Shown piece after piece: positions 13,560-26,620 of a DNA stretch of 64,000 nucleotides (the first letter of the stretch is position 1; each line of letters opens with the position of its first letter). A model generated the notes under the pieces. It was not told the DNA's origin. It saw nothing but the letters and a program-made list of their open reading frames with translations, and did not search any database. The stretch is taken from assembly GCA_951406725.2 (NCBI GenBank), contig OX597815.1, positions 143,406,001-143,470,000 of the forward strand. The letters are read 5' to 3'. The DNA comes from Octopus vulgaris (Eukaryota). The position numbers and the translations under genes were made by a program.

Positions 13560-14030
13560 AAGGACTCTCTCTCTCTCTCAGAGTGAAAGGTAGACTATAT
13601 GATGCTTGTGTGCAAACGGCTATACTCCATGGTAGTGAAACATGGGCTCTGAATGCAGAAGACATATGTAGACTGGAGAGAAATGAAGGCAGTATGCACC
13701 ATTGGATGTGCAACTTTAGTGCACATGTACAACAAAGTGCAAATGTATTAAGAGACATGTTGGGCTTAAGAGGAGTCAAATGTAGCATGCAAAAGAGAAG
13801 ACTACATTGGTTTGGACATGTGATGTGTATGAATGAAGACAGCTGCATGAATAAGTGCCAATCACTGGAAGCAGATGGCACCCTCAGAAGAGGGAAACCC
13901 AAGAAGATGTGAGATGAAGTGGTATGGACCAATTTCAGGATGATGGGCCTCATGGAGGAAATGACAACGGACCAAAATGTCTGGTGACATAAAGTTCTTC
14001 AGAAGACCTGCCCACATCATCAAAACTGAG
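13560..14030 (+). pseudogene. 5'-truncated RTE-clade LINE, ORF2 C-terminus
   Basis: ORF 13583-13912 KGRLYDACVQTAILHGSETW...RRLHWFGHV...RRGKPKK; paralogous to 63301-63885. Confidence 0.92.
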
Positions 14031-14362
14031 TTCTAGAAGTACTGTGCATTCCAACAAGAAAATTTCTCACACACTCTACCACAACAAACCAAACTATATC
14101 ACTACATCTCTTCTCTCCTCACATTTCCCCTTCATGCTTACTTCCCACTCCCCATCTTGTCCTCTTGGCCCTGTGCCACTGTATCATTGCTATCCACTAG
14201 CTTCCAACCTCCTGTCACTCTGTATCATTGCATATGCCCGGCACTTTGCCACCATCTCTATTCTGCTGTCTCCCTCTCTCTCTCTCTCTCTCTCTCCTTC
14301 TGCACTTCCCTCAGGTTGGGTATTCCCTTAGTTGCAGCACACTTGTTTCTATCTTCCTTCCT

Positions 14363-14397
<35 letters not shown>

Positions 14398-14519
14398 CTG
14401 GGTAACCTTGTATCTCCTCTACAGCAAGACACCTGTTTCTGTCTCTCTGTCTCACTATAACCTTTCATCATCTGACACAAGATCACCTCCTCCAATGCCC
14501 CCACCCCTCTCAAAAGAGT

Positions 14520-14855
14520 ATTTTTTTTTGTCTTGCAAGTACTTGGGGTCCCTGTCAGTGCTGGTGCCATTTAAAAGCACTTAATCCACACTGTAAAGTG
14601 TTTGGCAATTGGAAGGGCATCCAGCTGTAAAAACTTTGCCAAAACTGACCTTACCTGTGCTTGTGCTACATAAAAAGCACTAAGTCCACTCTGCTAAGTG
14701 GTTAGTGTTAGGAAGGGCATCCAGCTGTAACAATCCTGCCAAAACAGTTACAGAAGTCTGGTGCAGGCTTCTGCTTGGCCGGCTCTTGTCAAAGCATCCC
14801 ACCCATGCCAGCATGGAAGGTGGACGTTGAACGATGATAATCATCATCATCATCA
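14520..14855 (+). mobile_element. RTE 3' UTR with internal duplication
   Basis: Two GGAAGGGCATCCAGCTGTAA blocks and CCCATGCCAGCATGGAAGGTGGACGTT end. Confidence 0.8.
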
Positions 14856-15099
14856 TCAACATCACCAACACTACCTACACTGCCACGAACACCATTTATA
14901 ATATCATCTACTACCACCATCACCACAGTCAAATATTCCTCAGGTTACACCCTACTATCTTAAAACATGGAAGAGAACATTGACCAATAAAGTCGTAGAT
15001 ATATAACACATAGAATGGTCATCATGACTTGAATGCCTTTGGTGATAAGAGTGCCGGCACTGGACTGGGGCTGACAGAGCTGTACAGACATTTGTAACA

Positions 15100-15870
15100 T
15101 GTGCAAGCATGTCTGTGTGGTGAGAAGTTTGTCTCCCAATGTCATGGCTCCAGGCTCAGTCCCACTGTATGGCACCTTGGGCAAGAGTTTTCGGATCTTT
15201 TCGGTTTGAACGACAGTTTTTTAAAATAATTTCCACGTAACTAAACACTTTTAAACTTCGTATACTGGTAGAATGTGTTTATAAAACATCTTTTTCTCTT
15301 GGCTTTATTGAGAAAATTCTATAGTTTGTAAGATATTTGTTGTTTTTATTTTTCTTCAATTTCTGCAATTTCAACCAATCAATGACGTCTATTGAGGTGA
15401 AAACATTTTGTGCCATATGAATATGTCCCTCGTTTAAGAAACAGATTGGGTTTATTTACATTTCTGAAGAAAGAAGATACCCTTCCCCCACCCCTAACCC
15501 TAACCCTATAACAGATTGAAATGCAATAGATCAATACTAGGGTCGTAATTATGGGTGACAATTTCATATGACATCGCTAGAAAAAACTGCCGTTCAAACC
15601 GAAAAGATCTGAGTTTTCTACTATGGCCTCAGGCCAACCAAGGTCTTATGAAAGGATTTGTAGATAGAAACCAAAATAAGCCCACTGCATGTGTGTGTGT
15701 GTGTGTGTGTCTGTCCTCTACGACCACTTGACAAAGGAGACCATCAGAATAAGTACTAGGCTTAAAGAGTAAATAGGTATTGGGGTCAATTCATTCGACT
15801 AATATTCCTTGACGCAGTGCCCCAGCTTGGCCGCAGTTTAATGATTGCAACAATTAAAAGTAGAAAAGAT
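15100..15870 (+). mobile_element. SINE family B (CORE-like GGCACCTTGGGCAAG) interrupted by a MITE
   Basis: Removing 15193-15610 and one TSD restores GGCACCTTGGGCAAGAGTTTTCTACTATGGCC, matching other copies. Confidence 0.85.
15193..15610. mobile_element. MITE with ~30-bp TIRs and 8-bp TSD (Merlin- or hAT-type)
   Basis: TIRs GGATCTTTTCGGTTTGAACGACAGTTTTTT / AAAAAACTGCCGTTCAAACCGAAAAGATCT; GAGTTTTC duplicated at 15185-15192 and 15611-15618. Confidence 0.92.
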
Positions 15871-15889
15871 AGGAGAGGTCAGAAGAAGC

Positions 15890-16090
15890 ATATTTAAAAG
15901 CACACACCTCTTGGCTACTACTCCAGAAAACCAAGTGAGTATTTCCAGCCACATATCTCTAAGTTACTACATGTTCTACTTCTGCCACTCAATGTCCAGC
16001 ATATTTCAAACCACAACCTCTAAGTTGCTAGTCCCTTACTGCTCGACATCCAGCATATTTCAAGCAACACACCTCTAAATTATTAGTTTT
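15890..16090. repeat. Degenerate ~53-bp tandem repeat
   Basis: Recurring CCAGCATATTTCAA.C.ACA.CCTCTAAGTT; a related unit lies near 12535-12570. Confidence 0.7.
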
Positions 16091-16523
16091 AGTCCACCCA
16101 CCCACCAAGCCCCCACCCTCCCCATCATCCTCCCATTCCCACCCCATCTCAACTAAATATTTTTATTAATCTTTCAGGATGAATTCTTCAGCTAAATCCA
16201 AGTGAAATGTTTTTAAAAGATATTTTGACAAATTGAGAAAACAACAGATAAACATGGCATTTATAATCTGCATCATCATCATCATCATCTGTAACTACTT
16301 GTCACATAATCAGCATCAAAAGCAGCAGCAGCATCTTCAATAACCACGTCACCGTCATCATCATTATCATTTGTGTGTGTTGTGAGGAGGCCTTTTTTAT
16401 TGTAAATGTGAAGTTTTGCAGTAATAGTAGCAGAACTGGTGATTGTGGTGGTGGTGGAGGTGGTGGTGGTGGTGGTGGTGGCAGCTGTACTGGTAGTGAT
16501 TGTTGTGGTAGTATTTGTGATGA

Positions 16524-16569
<46 letters not shown>

Positions 16570-17109
16570 TGTTGTTGTTGTTGTTGTGCTGGTGGTGGTG
16601 TAAGTAAAAATGGGGTTGTTAACGGTGGTGGTTATAGTAATGTGGTTGGTGATGTAAAAACAATGGTGGCCAGTATAATAAGTAGTAGTGGCTATTGTTG
16701 TTGTTTGACCCCAGGTCAGCTTTCATCAAGTGGTCCTATGACCAAAAGGTGTTCTAGTCTTGACTGTCCTAACATTTTGTATATAAGATTGTATATAAAA
16801 CCCTACGTAGCCTTGACAGTCCTAATATTTAGTATATTAAAGAGTAAATAGGTATTGGAGTCGATTCATTCGATTAAAATTCCTCAAAGCAGTGCCCCAG
16901 CATGGCCACAGTCTAATGACTGCAACAAGTAAAAGTAGAAAAGATAAGAGAGGCCAGAAGAAGCATATTTAAAAGCACACATCTCTTGGCTATTAATGCC
17001 ACTGTGCATAAAACCCTACATTATTTAATTTAGTTCTATATTTAAGAGATGAGGAATTATGTACATTATTTACATTCGACAGATATTTGTCCTCATCTTG
17101 TTTGTTGTA

Positions 17110-17155
17110 AACACAACGTTTCGGTTGATTCAACCTCCAGCCTTCTTCAGGTGTC
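17110..17155 (-). ncRNA. Minimal type I hammerhead ribozyme motif (Penelope-type)
   Basis: Minus strand GACAC CTGAAGA AGGCTGGAGGTTGAATCAACC GAAAC GTT GTGTT: CUGANGA and GAAA cores, stem I GACAC/GTGTT, palindromic AACGTT stem III. Confidence 0.7.
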
Positions 17156-17224
17156 TTGGGGGAAATAATTATGTAAATAATTATTTAATTTGTCCTTTTA
17201 TTTTAGGGCTTGTTTGAGATTTGA

Positions 17225-18826
17225 GAGGGATTTGAATATGAAAACACCACAACCATCTTCCAAGTTACTCCCAACTAACAAATCCACTTGCACTGATATT
17301 ATCCCTTCCATTGCCCCCAAACAGGGCACCCCAAAGCTAGTCATTAACTAGCCTTACCAAACTCTTCAATTTCTTTCTGTCAACAGGAATACACACAAAC
17401 ATCTCATTCCCAAGAAAGAAAAAAAAATTCTGGCCCTATCAATTTGTGTCCTTTCACACAAGCTTCTGATAGCTCAAGATTAATAGAGGCTGTGATTAAC
17501 AACAACCTTCTGCAACTCCTTAGATTTATCTCCTCCTCCAGGTATTCCAATGTGTTCTTGAGCAAAACGTTTCATTTCACATTGTTCCAGTCTATTCAAC
17601 TGTAAATGAGTGACCCTGCAAGAAACTGGCATCCTCTTCAGGGGCAATGTCACGATCGAAGTTGCTTGTATGCTATAGGAACTAGATAACTAGCCTCATA
17701 AGTGCTACAATTCAAGACACTCATGAAATGCCTCTCAGAATGGCTCTCATAAGCCAGATCTACTTCAGAACCTCTCTCCTATGTCACTGACCAGTTGGCT
17801 CTCACCTTCAAGATATTTGGTGAAGACAGCAAAGCTTCAGACCATGTCTGGATGTGAATCTCCTATCAAAATTTATCATCTATTAAGGTGGTGAGCTGGC
17901 AGAATTATTAGCACCCCAGGAAAAGTGCTTCACAGCATTTCATTCATCATTATGTTTTGGGTTCAATTTCCAGCAAGGTTGACTTTGCCCTTCATCCTTT
18001 TGAGGTCAATATAATGAGCACCAGTCAAGCAGTCGATATAATTGACCTACCCCTTGACCCAAGCTTGCTGGCCCCATGTCAAAATTTGAGACTAATATTT
18101 ACCACCTATGAGCTCTATCTCTCTCTCATCTCTTCTTGTTAGATCACAATATCATAGCCTGTGCTGCCTGAATTCCATTTTTAATCCTTATTCTACCAAC
18201 TCTTGTGAGTTCCATGATTTGGGTTTTTTCCACACACTCTTCCACTTTTACATCAACCTATTTGCTGTTACATCCAGTCTTATGCTGACAACACATTCCT
18301 TCATTCTCCTCTAATATTCCTCATCAAAATGTTGTCCACATACAACTTAAATGCCTCACATTAAATTTGCATTGAATTTATGAATTTATGAACTCGAAAA
18401 CATTCCTCCTATGCAGTCATGCAAAACTTGTCGCCACTAACAGCAAAAGATAAAAACAGAATCACTGCATACATAAAAAAATATCACACTTACCCACTGC
18501 AAAAACATCGACAGCACATAGCAGGAACCCTAAAAGCTCACCTTAAATGCTAGTCGACACACCATGAAGGACATGAGGGATCTTTAGGATCTCTTGTCCT
18601 TAAAATAGCAACACCTACAACCCAAAGACTAACCTGCCTCTTCAGAATCAGAAAATATTTCACTCAACAATTCCAAGACATTTATGAAGTTTAGGTGAAA
18701 ACCACAGTAGAGTATTGCTCCCTAAGATAGACATTTGAAATCATACCCCAAAATGGGTCACCTGACAGATTAACATAAAGTGACTCACAGACATGCTCCA
18801 GCCCTTAACCCTAAAAAACTATGTTT

Positions 18827-18899
<73 letters not shown>

Positions 18900-19150
18900 G
18901 CTATTACAGCATCCTCTGCTTCTTAGAGGTAGTTTGATCTCAGGCTATGTCCACTCAGACATTCTCAATCCATGCCTTAACCACTATGCTCAATCCTTCC
19001 TCCTCAGAATGCTGGCCCACTGGAAATTTCCCCCACTTCCACCCCGTTGTCCGTGTTTTCTCTGTAATCACTGACTTGCAACAGTTCAAGTGGAATATTA
19101 GCAGCGTTAATCTCACCAATCTTGGAGGACATGCAAAGGCCATGGATACA
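17225..19150 (+). pseudogene. Fragmented Jockey-like LINE, interrupted by SINEs
   Basis: Degenerate motifs paralleling 10935-12370 (CTCATTCCCAAGAAAG, AGCAAAGCTTCAGACCATGTCTGG, TATGCTGACAACAC, GTAGAGTATTGCTC). Confidence 0.6.
17883..18100 (+). mobile_element. SINE family A
   Basis: TTAAGGTGGTGAGCTGGCAGAA head; GACTTTGCCCTTCATCCTTTTGAGGTC core. Confidence 0.85.
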
Positions 19151-19972
19151 AGCTTCTTCTTCCAGACCAAACCAATACCAAACAAAGGAGATTTTTATCT
19201 CCACCACCGCTGCGCCGCCACCGCCACCACCACCATCAACATCAGCATCAACACTGCCACCATAACCACATCACTATCGGCACTGCCAACAACAATGCTT
19301 CTATCACCACCACCACCACTGCCAATACTCCCCTCCACTACAACCATCACCACAACTACCAACATCAATACAATACATTGATTAGTTACAAGAACCATGA
19401 CAAGATCAATAACTGAACTGACAAACTAAAAATAGACACTCTCTCTCTCTCTCTCTCCCTCTCTCTTTCTTTTAATGTACACTCTCTTTCTATCCAGCTA
19501 TCTGTCCATTCTTATTCTTTCATCTACTACAAATTATCTCTTTCTTTCTCTCCTTACAACCCCTCTTCTCACTCACTTTTCTTTTTCTTTCTGTCATCTT
19601 TGTTCTACCTCCCACGCTGTGTGAAAGCATGTGAATATAAATATATAGGCATAGATATGTATATGTGTGTGCACACACACATACATGTACATGCACACAC
19701 ATGGCGACACACAAATATATACCTATATATTTATATTCACACAATGTGAGAAATGATAGAAAAACGCACACTCACACAAACAAATAAATAGACACTTGCA
19801 AAAAAAAAACAAACTAAAATAAAAAAGATATGTGTATAAAAACATTGAAACATGTTGGCAATAGATTACTTCCAAATTACATAATTTCAGGTTCAGTCCC
19901 ACCGCAGAGCACCTTGAACAAGGATAAGGCTGGTGAAAGCTGAAAGAAGCGTGTGTGTGTGTGCGTGTGTGT

Positions 19973-20080
19973 CATTATTCAGTTTTATTTCAAGATTTAT
20001 TGCCAATAGAGAAAGATCAGGTTTCTAACCTAAATCCAAAGCTCCTTCATTGGAATTTCAACATCAACAAGCTATTTTTG
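19973..20080 (+). repeat. Unclassified interspersed repeat associated with (TATG)n
   Basis: CATTATTCAGTTTTATTTCAAGATTT...GGAATTTCAACATCAAC recurs at 36445-36530 and 36845-36920. Confidence 0.75.
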
Positions 20081-20367
20081 TACATATGTATGTATGTGTA
20101 TATGTAGATTTGTATGTCTTGTTTTATGTATGTATGTATGTGTGTGTATGCATGTATGGTCAAGTCAGTCTCGAGCACTACAAGTAACATGTGATCCAGT
20201 ACAACCTGTCACATGACTGTGTCATTAGCGGCTAAACCAGTGACCTCAACAATCTTGCTTGTTGAGGAAGGTGATTTATTGGCGACCCAGTGGAACGAAA
20301 GGTAAAATTTGTCAATGGATGAAGGAACTTAAACGAGTCATCAGTCATCCAATAATGAGTATATATG

Positions 20368-20409
<42 letters not shown>

Positions 20410-20412
<3 letters not shown>

Positions 20413-20542
20413 TCATCATCATCATTTAACATCCGTTTTCCATGCCAGACCGGTGTCTGGGAAGCCAGGAGGCTGCACCAGGCTCCAGTCTGATCTGGCA
20501 GTGTTTCTACAGCTGGATGCCCTTCCTAATGCCAACCACTCC

Positions 20543-20545
<3 letters not shown>
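20410..20545 (-). mobile_element. RTE 3' UTR fragment
   Basis: Nearly identical to 5375-5517. Confidence 0.85.
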
Positions 20546-20573
<28 letters not shown>

Positions 20574-20949
20574 TGCTGGGCAGGTATGCACTGGGACATA
20601 GAAATATTCAGGTTAGAGTCCAAGAGCACAGTAAACCCACTGGAAATGACTGACCCCTGGTCTTTGTTAAGGCATCCCTCTAAGGGAAGGATAAATCATA
20701 TATAAAAGCTGCTGCTCTACTGACCAAGATATCGTGCACTTTGTTTGTCTCTGGGTTTCTCGGTATTACTAGCATTAGACACTGTGATCTTGTGCAAGCC
20801 ACACTCGGCTGAAAATACTTGTACAGGCATTGCTAATACTAATGTCAGTGATGGTTAGGCTCGTCTAATGAGTAGACAGCCATCATGCCATGTATGTAAA
20901 CATTATGCATGTATAAGTGTGTGTGTGATCCAAAAAAGGTCTTGACATT

Positions 20950-21330
20950 ACAAATGTCATAGATCTCACGCTTGCGGATGATGACTTAATCCAGCAAGTG
21001 CCAAACTTTAAACCTTGGATGCATCCATGTTGTTGTGTGATCGCCTTTGTTCATAAAATGAGTGCTTGCGATGTAAAGTCCATGTTTATCGCAAAACTCC
21101 AGATATACAGGTCCTGAGGGAAGCTGATATCTTGACTATTGAGGTGATGGTGTACAAACACTTGTTATGTTGGACTGGACACCTTTCAGTGGAAAGAGAC
21201 CTTGGCAGAAACCAAGGCTCTGTGTCAAGTCCTCATTAAAGGCCTGTGATACGCAGGACACTAGCTGGGAGAACAATGCTCATCATCGCCACAGATGAAG
21301 GAAGCAGGTTAAGGTGGGGGTAGACAACTT
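20950..21330 (+). pseudogene. Decayed RTE-like LINE fragment
   Basis: LADDD and LCWTGHL-like motifs with disruptions. Confidence 0.45.
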
Positions 21331-21989
21331 TGAATGAGTTTATATTCTGCATGAAGAATTTAAGTGTACTGCACAAAAGCACACTGCTAGCATAGTGAAC
21401 GGGGAAAGTTTGGTTTGCAGTCTTTGCAGTCATATATGCTTGTCAAGAGCAGAGCTCATTAGACACCAATGGAGCTACAAATGCAAAATACAAGTTAGTC
21501 CTAGAGCACAAAATGTTCCTAAAGGTCAGCAATGATCTTCCTCGGTCATGAGTGGATGGCCATCACATGTGTGTGCATGTGTAAATGTATGCATATCTGT
21601 GAGTGTACATGAATGTGTGTATGTCTTTTTGTGTTGACATTACACAGTAGTTGAATATTAGTGTCACAGTTATACAAGAAGTGCCGGTCATTTCCGTTCT
21701 TCGATTCAAACATGTCCAGCCATGGTAAAACATTATTGTACTTAGAAACAAGTAAGGATTGATGAGAGGAAGGGCATCTGTCTGTAGAAAATATGTCTCA
21801 ATGAATTCTATTTGACCCAAGCAAGCACTTATAGGAACAGGGGATGTTAAAAATGGCAATGATGATGAATGTGTGTATGTGTATATATGTGTGTATGTGT
21901 ATATATGTGTGTATGTGTGTGTGCGCATGCATACATGCATGTGTGTGTATGTGTGCATGTTTGTGCTAAAACTGCAGATGCTGGCACAA

Positions 21990-22450
21990 TAATCCACAAG
22001 CTCTATCATCCAGTCCTCAGAAGAGGAGATGGTGGTAGAAAAAGCCAAATTCACTATTTTCAGTTTGGTTTTCATGCCCACCTTCACCTATGGTCATGAA
22101 TATTGGTAACAACTTAAAGACTGCAAATACAATTGACCAAAATGGAGTTCTTCTGAAGGATCTTCAGTGTAATGTTACTCAATGGTGCATAGCTCAAAGA
22201 ACAGGGAGCCGCTCTAGGTTGAACCATTACCTCTCTACATTGAGAGGTTGCAACTCCTGTACTGTGGACATGTAACTAGAATGTCACAGGAAAGAATTAC
22301 AAGATGGTATCTTCAAGTTGAACCAACCTAGGGGTAGACCAAAAACAAGATAGTGGGATAATATCCAATAGTTTTTTGGCTGGTCATGCTTGGAAATCCA
22401 GGTCGGAGGTACCTCAAGATTCAACCCCAGGAACAGTGGGTAGCAAGGAT
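21990..22450 (+). pseudogene. Decayed RTE-like LINE fragment
   Basis: TFTYGHEYW, GHVTRM, RGRPKTR motifs in order. Confidence 0.7.
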
Positions 22451-23159
22451 AGATGAATCGATAACTTTGTGTGTGTGTGTGCATATGCATACTTGTGGTC
22501 ACTCAACCTACTAGGAATAGCCATCAAAAGGTGTGCATTTACCTTCTAGTTTAATGACACCCTACTATCTTGCAAATGCAGAGTAGTTTATTTAGGAAGG
22601 CACCGTTTCTCAGCAGCAACAGACAATGTTAGCATTGACAACACGCACTATTTTGATGACAGATATTAGTAATACATCACTATGTTGACAAGTTTCCATA
22701 ACAACCTCACTATAGTAACATATACTACCAACGCAGTGATATACTATCATATACTTTTAAGCACTGTGTTAAATACTGCCAACACAAACTGAACAATGAT
22801 AACACAAATTGTACTATGCTACTGACAATAAAGTACTGACAATAAAGTACTAAGTTAACACACACTGAAAATACAGCACTGTGTTACACTGTGAAGGCAA
22901 TAGGTATTGATAAAGTGCATTATCAACAAGAGGCCTTTTCACATTCAGGTGATAATTTTCAGTTATTTTAACAACAAAAATATTTACTTAAAATAGATCA
23001 TCATACTTGTATTTTAACACATATTGTCAACACTGCACTGTGTTACCTAGCACTCTAAATATACAACTAAATTTAAACATACTGGACAATATAAAACTAT
23101 GTAATACATACTATCAACATAGTACTATATCAAAACATATTAGCATATACTATCAATTA

Positions 23160-23600
23160 ACACATGCTATCAATACAACACTGTTAATTCATAGTATCAA
23201 CACAGCAATATTAACATATACTGTCAACACAGCAATATGTCAATGTACTGTCAACACACTAAGTTAACACATGCTGTCAATAATGCAAAATATTGGCATA
23301 TTGTCAATACAGTACTATGTTAACATATACTGTCAACACAGTAATATGTCAATGTACTGTCAACACACTATGTTAACACATGCTGTCAATAATGCAAAAT
23401 ATTTGCATATTGTCAACACAGCACTATGTAAACATATACTATCAACACAGCAATATGTCAATGTACTGTCAACACACTAAGTTAACACATGCTGTCAACA
23501 ATGCAAAATGTTGGCATATTGTCGATACAGCACTATGTTAACATATACTGTCAATACAACAATATGTTAATATATACTATCAATATGGCAGTATATTGAG
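23160..23600. repeat. Minisatellite with 109-bp higher-order period
   Basis: ACT(G/A)TCAA(C/T)ACA..AATATGT starts at 23220, 23329, 23438 and 23547; each unit comprises four ~27-bp TGTCAA-containing monomers. Confidence 0.9.
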
Positions 23601-24833
23601 CAGAACAGAAGGACATTCTAGATAGTCCTACATACAAGTGACCATCAGAAAAGTTGAAAGCCAGCAGTAAACTATCCAATCAGCTTTCAAGAAAAAAATA
23701 TCACAGAGAAAACACATTCTTTCTTGGCAGTCATTTGGATTGATGAAAAAATATTGAAATCAAAGTTAACTTCCATGAAATCTTTTTGGTGACTGACTAC
23801 AAAAAACACAAAAAGGCAGCAAAGAATAAAACTTTAGGAAACTTTGATGAAGCATTATTCTGATCAGAACTTTTTCGCACACATACATGTACATTAGCAC
23901 ACTCACACATATATACATACTCACATACAAGTACACGGACACACAAAATTCTTTGATCTCTTGGAGTTTCCTTCATTAATTAACAAACCCAAAATCCAAT
24001 AGAATGGCCTTTGTTTTTTCAATCCGTTCTTTCATTCTCATATCACTATCCTCCTCTTCTCCCTCATCCCACGTATCCCCATCTTCCCCTGCTATCATCA
24101 TCAGCATCGTCAGCCACACCACCATATTTCTCCATTTATTTTTGTTTTGTTTTATCATTCATTTGTTTATTTTTTTTTTTTTTACTTTGTGGTCAAAACT
24201 TTTGATGATTCTTAAAAGAGGGTGAGAAGGTCCCACATAGAAAGGAGGAGAAGGAGAAGGAGGAGGGGAAAATAACAATAACTCCTTCCTCCCTACACAA
24301 TATAACAGTAATTAAAATATTCCTTACACCCTTGATCCACCACCCTCATTCCACCCTTGTACCCCCACCCAATCAGCTACCTTTCCATCCACCCCTGGAT
24401 ATTCCATCTCCACCCAATACTTTCATTTAGTCCTCATACACGTCCTTTACTAACAAGCAGTTCCTCTTTCCATTCACCCACCAACCCACTTATCTATACC
24501 ATATTACCACCACCACCATCATCATCACTACTACCACCTTCACCACTGACACAGCCATGACCACTGGGTCCTGTTGCGAACAACCTAAAATTTTCAAGAG
24601 GATTTTCACAGGGACTTTAATTTAGAGATGTAACAAACTTCTAACAACAACAACAACAATAATAATACAGTGATACAATGATAATAATAATGCCACAATG
24701 CAAAGATGAAAGCAATTTACCGTTAATTATTAGAATTGAGCTTAATGTTAATTTTTGATCGGATCAATAGTTTGTAACTAATTTCTATTTTAAGGATACA
24801 AGAGGCTTATTATTATCATTATTATTATTATTA

Positions 24834-24879
<46 letters not shown>

Positions 24880-24961
24880 CATTATTACTATCCTCATCAT
24901 CATCATCATCATCGGCATAGTTATTATCATCATTAATGTGGCTTTGTTCCAATATAAAAAG

Positions 24962-24993
<32 letters not shown>

Positions 24994-26234
24994 CATTAAC
25001 ATCATCATCATCATTGTCATAAATGTTATAATCATCAACTATTTCGGTAATAAACTTCATTATAGTTGTCGTTATTAATACTATTATCATCCGTCTTCAG
25101 AAGATGGATCATCATAACAGAATCTGCTCAAAGTTCCAGATAAATAATCACAGTCTGGTGTTATTTGGACATTATGTGTTCTGTCCACCAAAGGTGACCT
25201 CTCTTATTATTTATATACATTTTAGCTCCTGTACCCTTACTGTGGACATCAGATGTGCAGATGAACAAGCCAGTTGAATTGGGACATAGGAATGAAGTGG
25301 TTTCATATAGATAGAACATCATTATTCTAGTATCCTGGTGGTGTTAGAACTCCTTGAAAAATTGAGGGGATCAAGCTTTACAGACATAGTAATGCTGTCT
25401 GCCACCCAGGTCCAAAATGCATAGTGAACGATAAACCCAAACTCCTCAAAATTCTTCAGTATCTGTGGAATTATACAGTAAATGGCTGCTACCAAATGTG
25501 GAATGGATCCTATTGTCATCAAATTCCTCTTTAAAAATACACATAGTTTCCCTAGTGAGGGCAGCTATCGCAAGGGAGATAATCTTTTCTTCATAATATA
25601 GGGCAGAATTAGAAAATTGAATTTGAAATTAAAGAATTATGTGGAAAATGATTCATAGGATTCATATTTAATTTTACTTTCTTATTAACTTATCAAGAAA
25701 TTCTAGCAATTTCACATTGGTGGTAATCATGTGTAGTACTATTTCATCCTATTTGGAAATCATCAGCATGATGATAACCTGTGACTAAATTAATTAACTT
25801 CCCCTCTTTGTATTCCTTTGGAAATGAGTAGGAGACAACTTGATTCTAACTTGTGCTCATAGTAAAAACTGATGAGGCAAAGCTGAGAGAGTGAAGGTCA
25901 GCACTTAGATTTCCTTGTAGAAAATGGAGTATACTGGATGAAGTTAAAAAGTTAAGGTTATGATTCATTTTCTTTTTTTATCTCTCTAGAGAATGCAGAG
26001 AAGAGTGTTTCACTGCAATGAATCTAGTGAGAGGAGGGAGAGTATCATAATCATGGATGTAAATTACAAATAGATATAAATAAGTTCAGTTTCATTCAGC
26101 TTAGTTATCTCTCAGCCACAATCAATTTCATTTGTTGTGAGTCAGACAGAGATAACTAGCTACCATTCTTCAGTAGGAAACTTTGCAGTAGGAAGAGTGT
26201 AGATTTTAAGTATAATATTTATATTGTAGAGTTA

Positions 26235-26425
26235 TATCTTTTATCTTTTACTTGTTTCAGTCGTTTGACTGTGGCCATGCTGGGGCACTGCCTTGAAAGG
26301 TTTTACCCAAACAAATCGACCCTAAGACTTTTTTTTTGAAGACTAGTACTTATTCTACACTAACACTAGTTATCAAACAGTGGAGGAGACAACTACAACC
26401 ACAGACACAAATACATACATGCATA

Positions 26426-26458
<33 letters not shown>

Positions 26459-26620
26459 TGGGCTTCTTTCAGTTTCTGTCTGCTAAATCTACTCACAAGG
26501 CTTTGGTCAGCCCAAGGCTATAGTAGAAGACACTTGCCCAAGGTGTCACACAGTGAGACTCAACCCAGAACCATGTGGTTGAGAAACAAGCTTCTTACCA
26601 CACAGCCATGCCTGCACCTA
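26235..26620 (-). mobile_element. SINE family B, near full length
   Basis: Collinear with 33012-33420. Confidence 0.85.
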
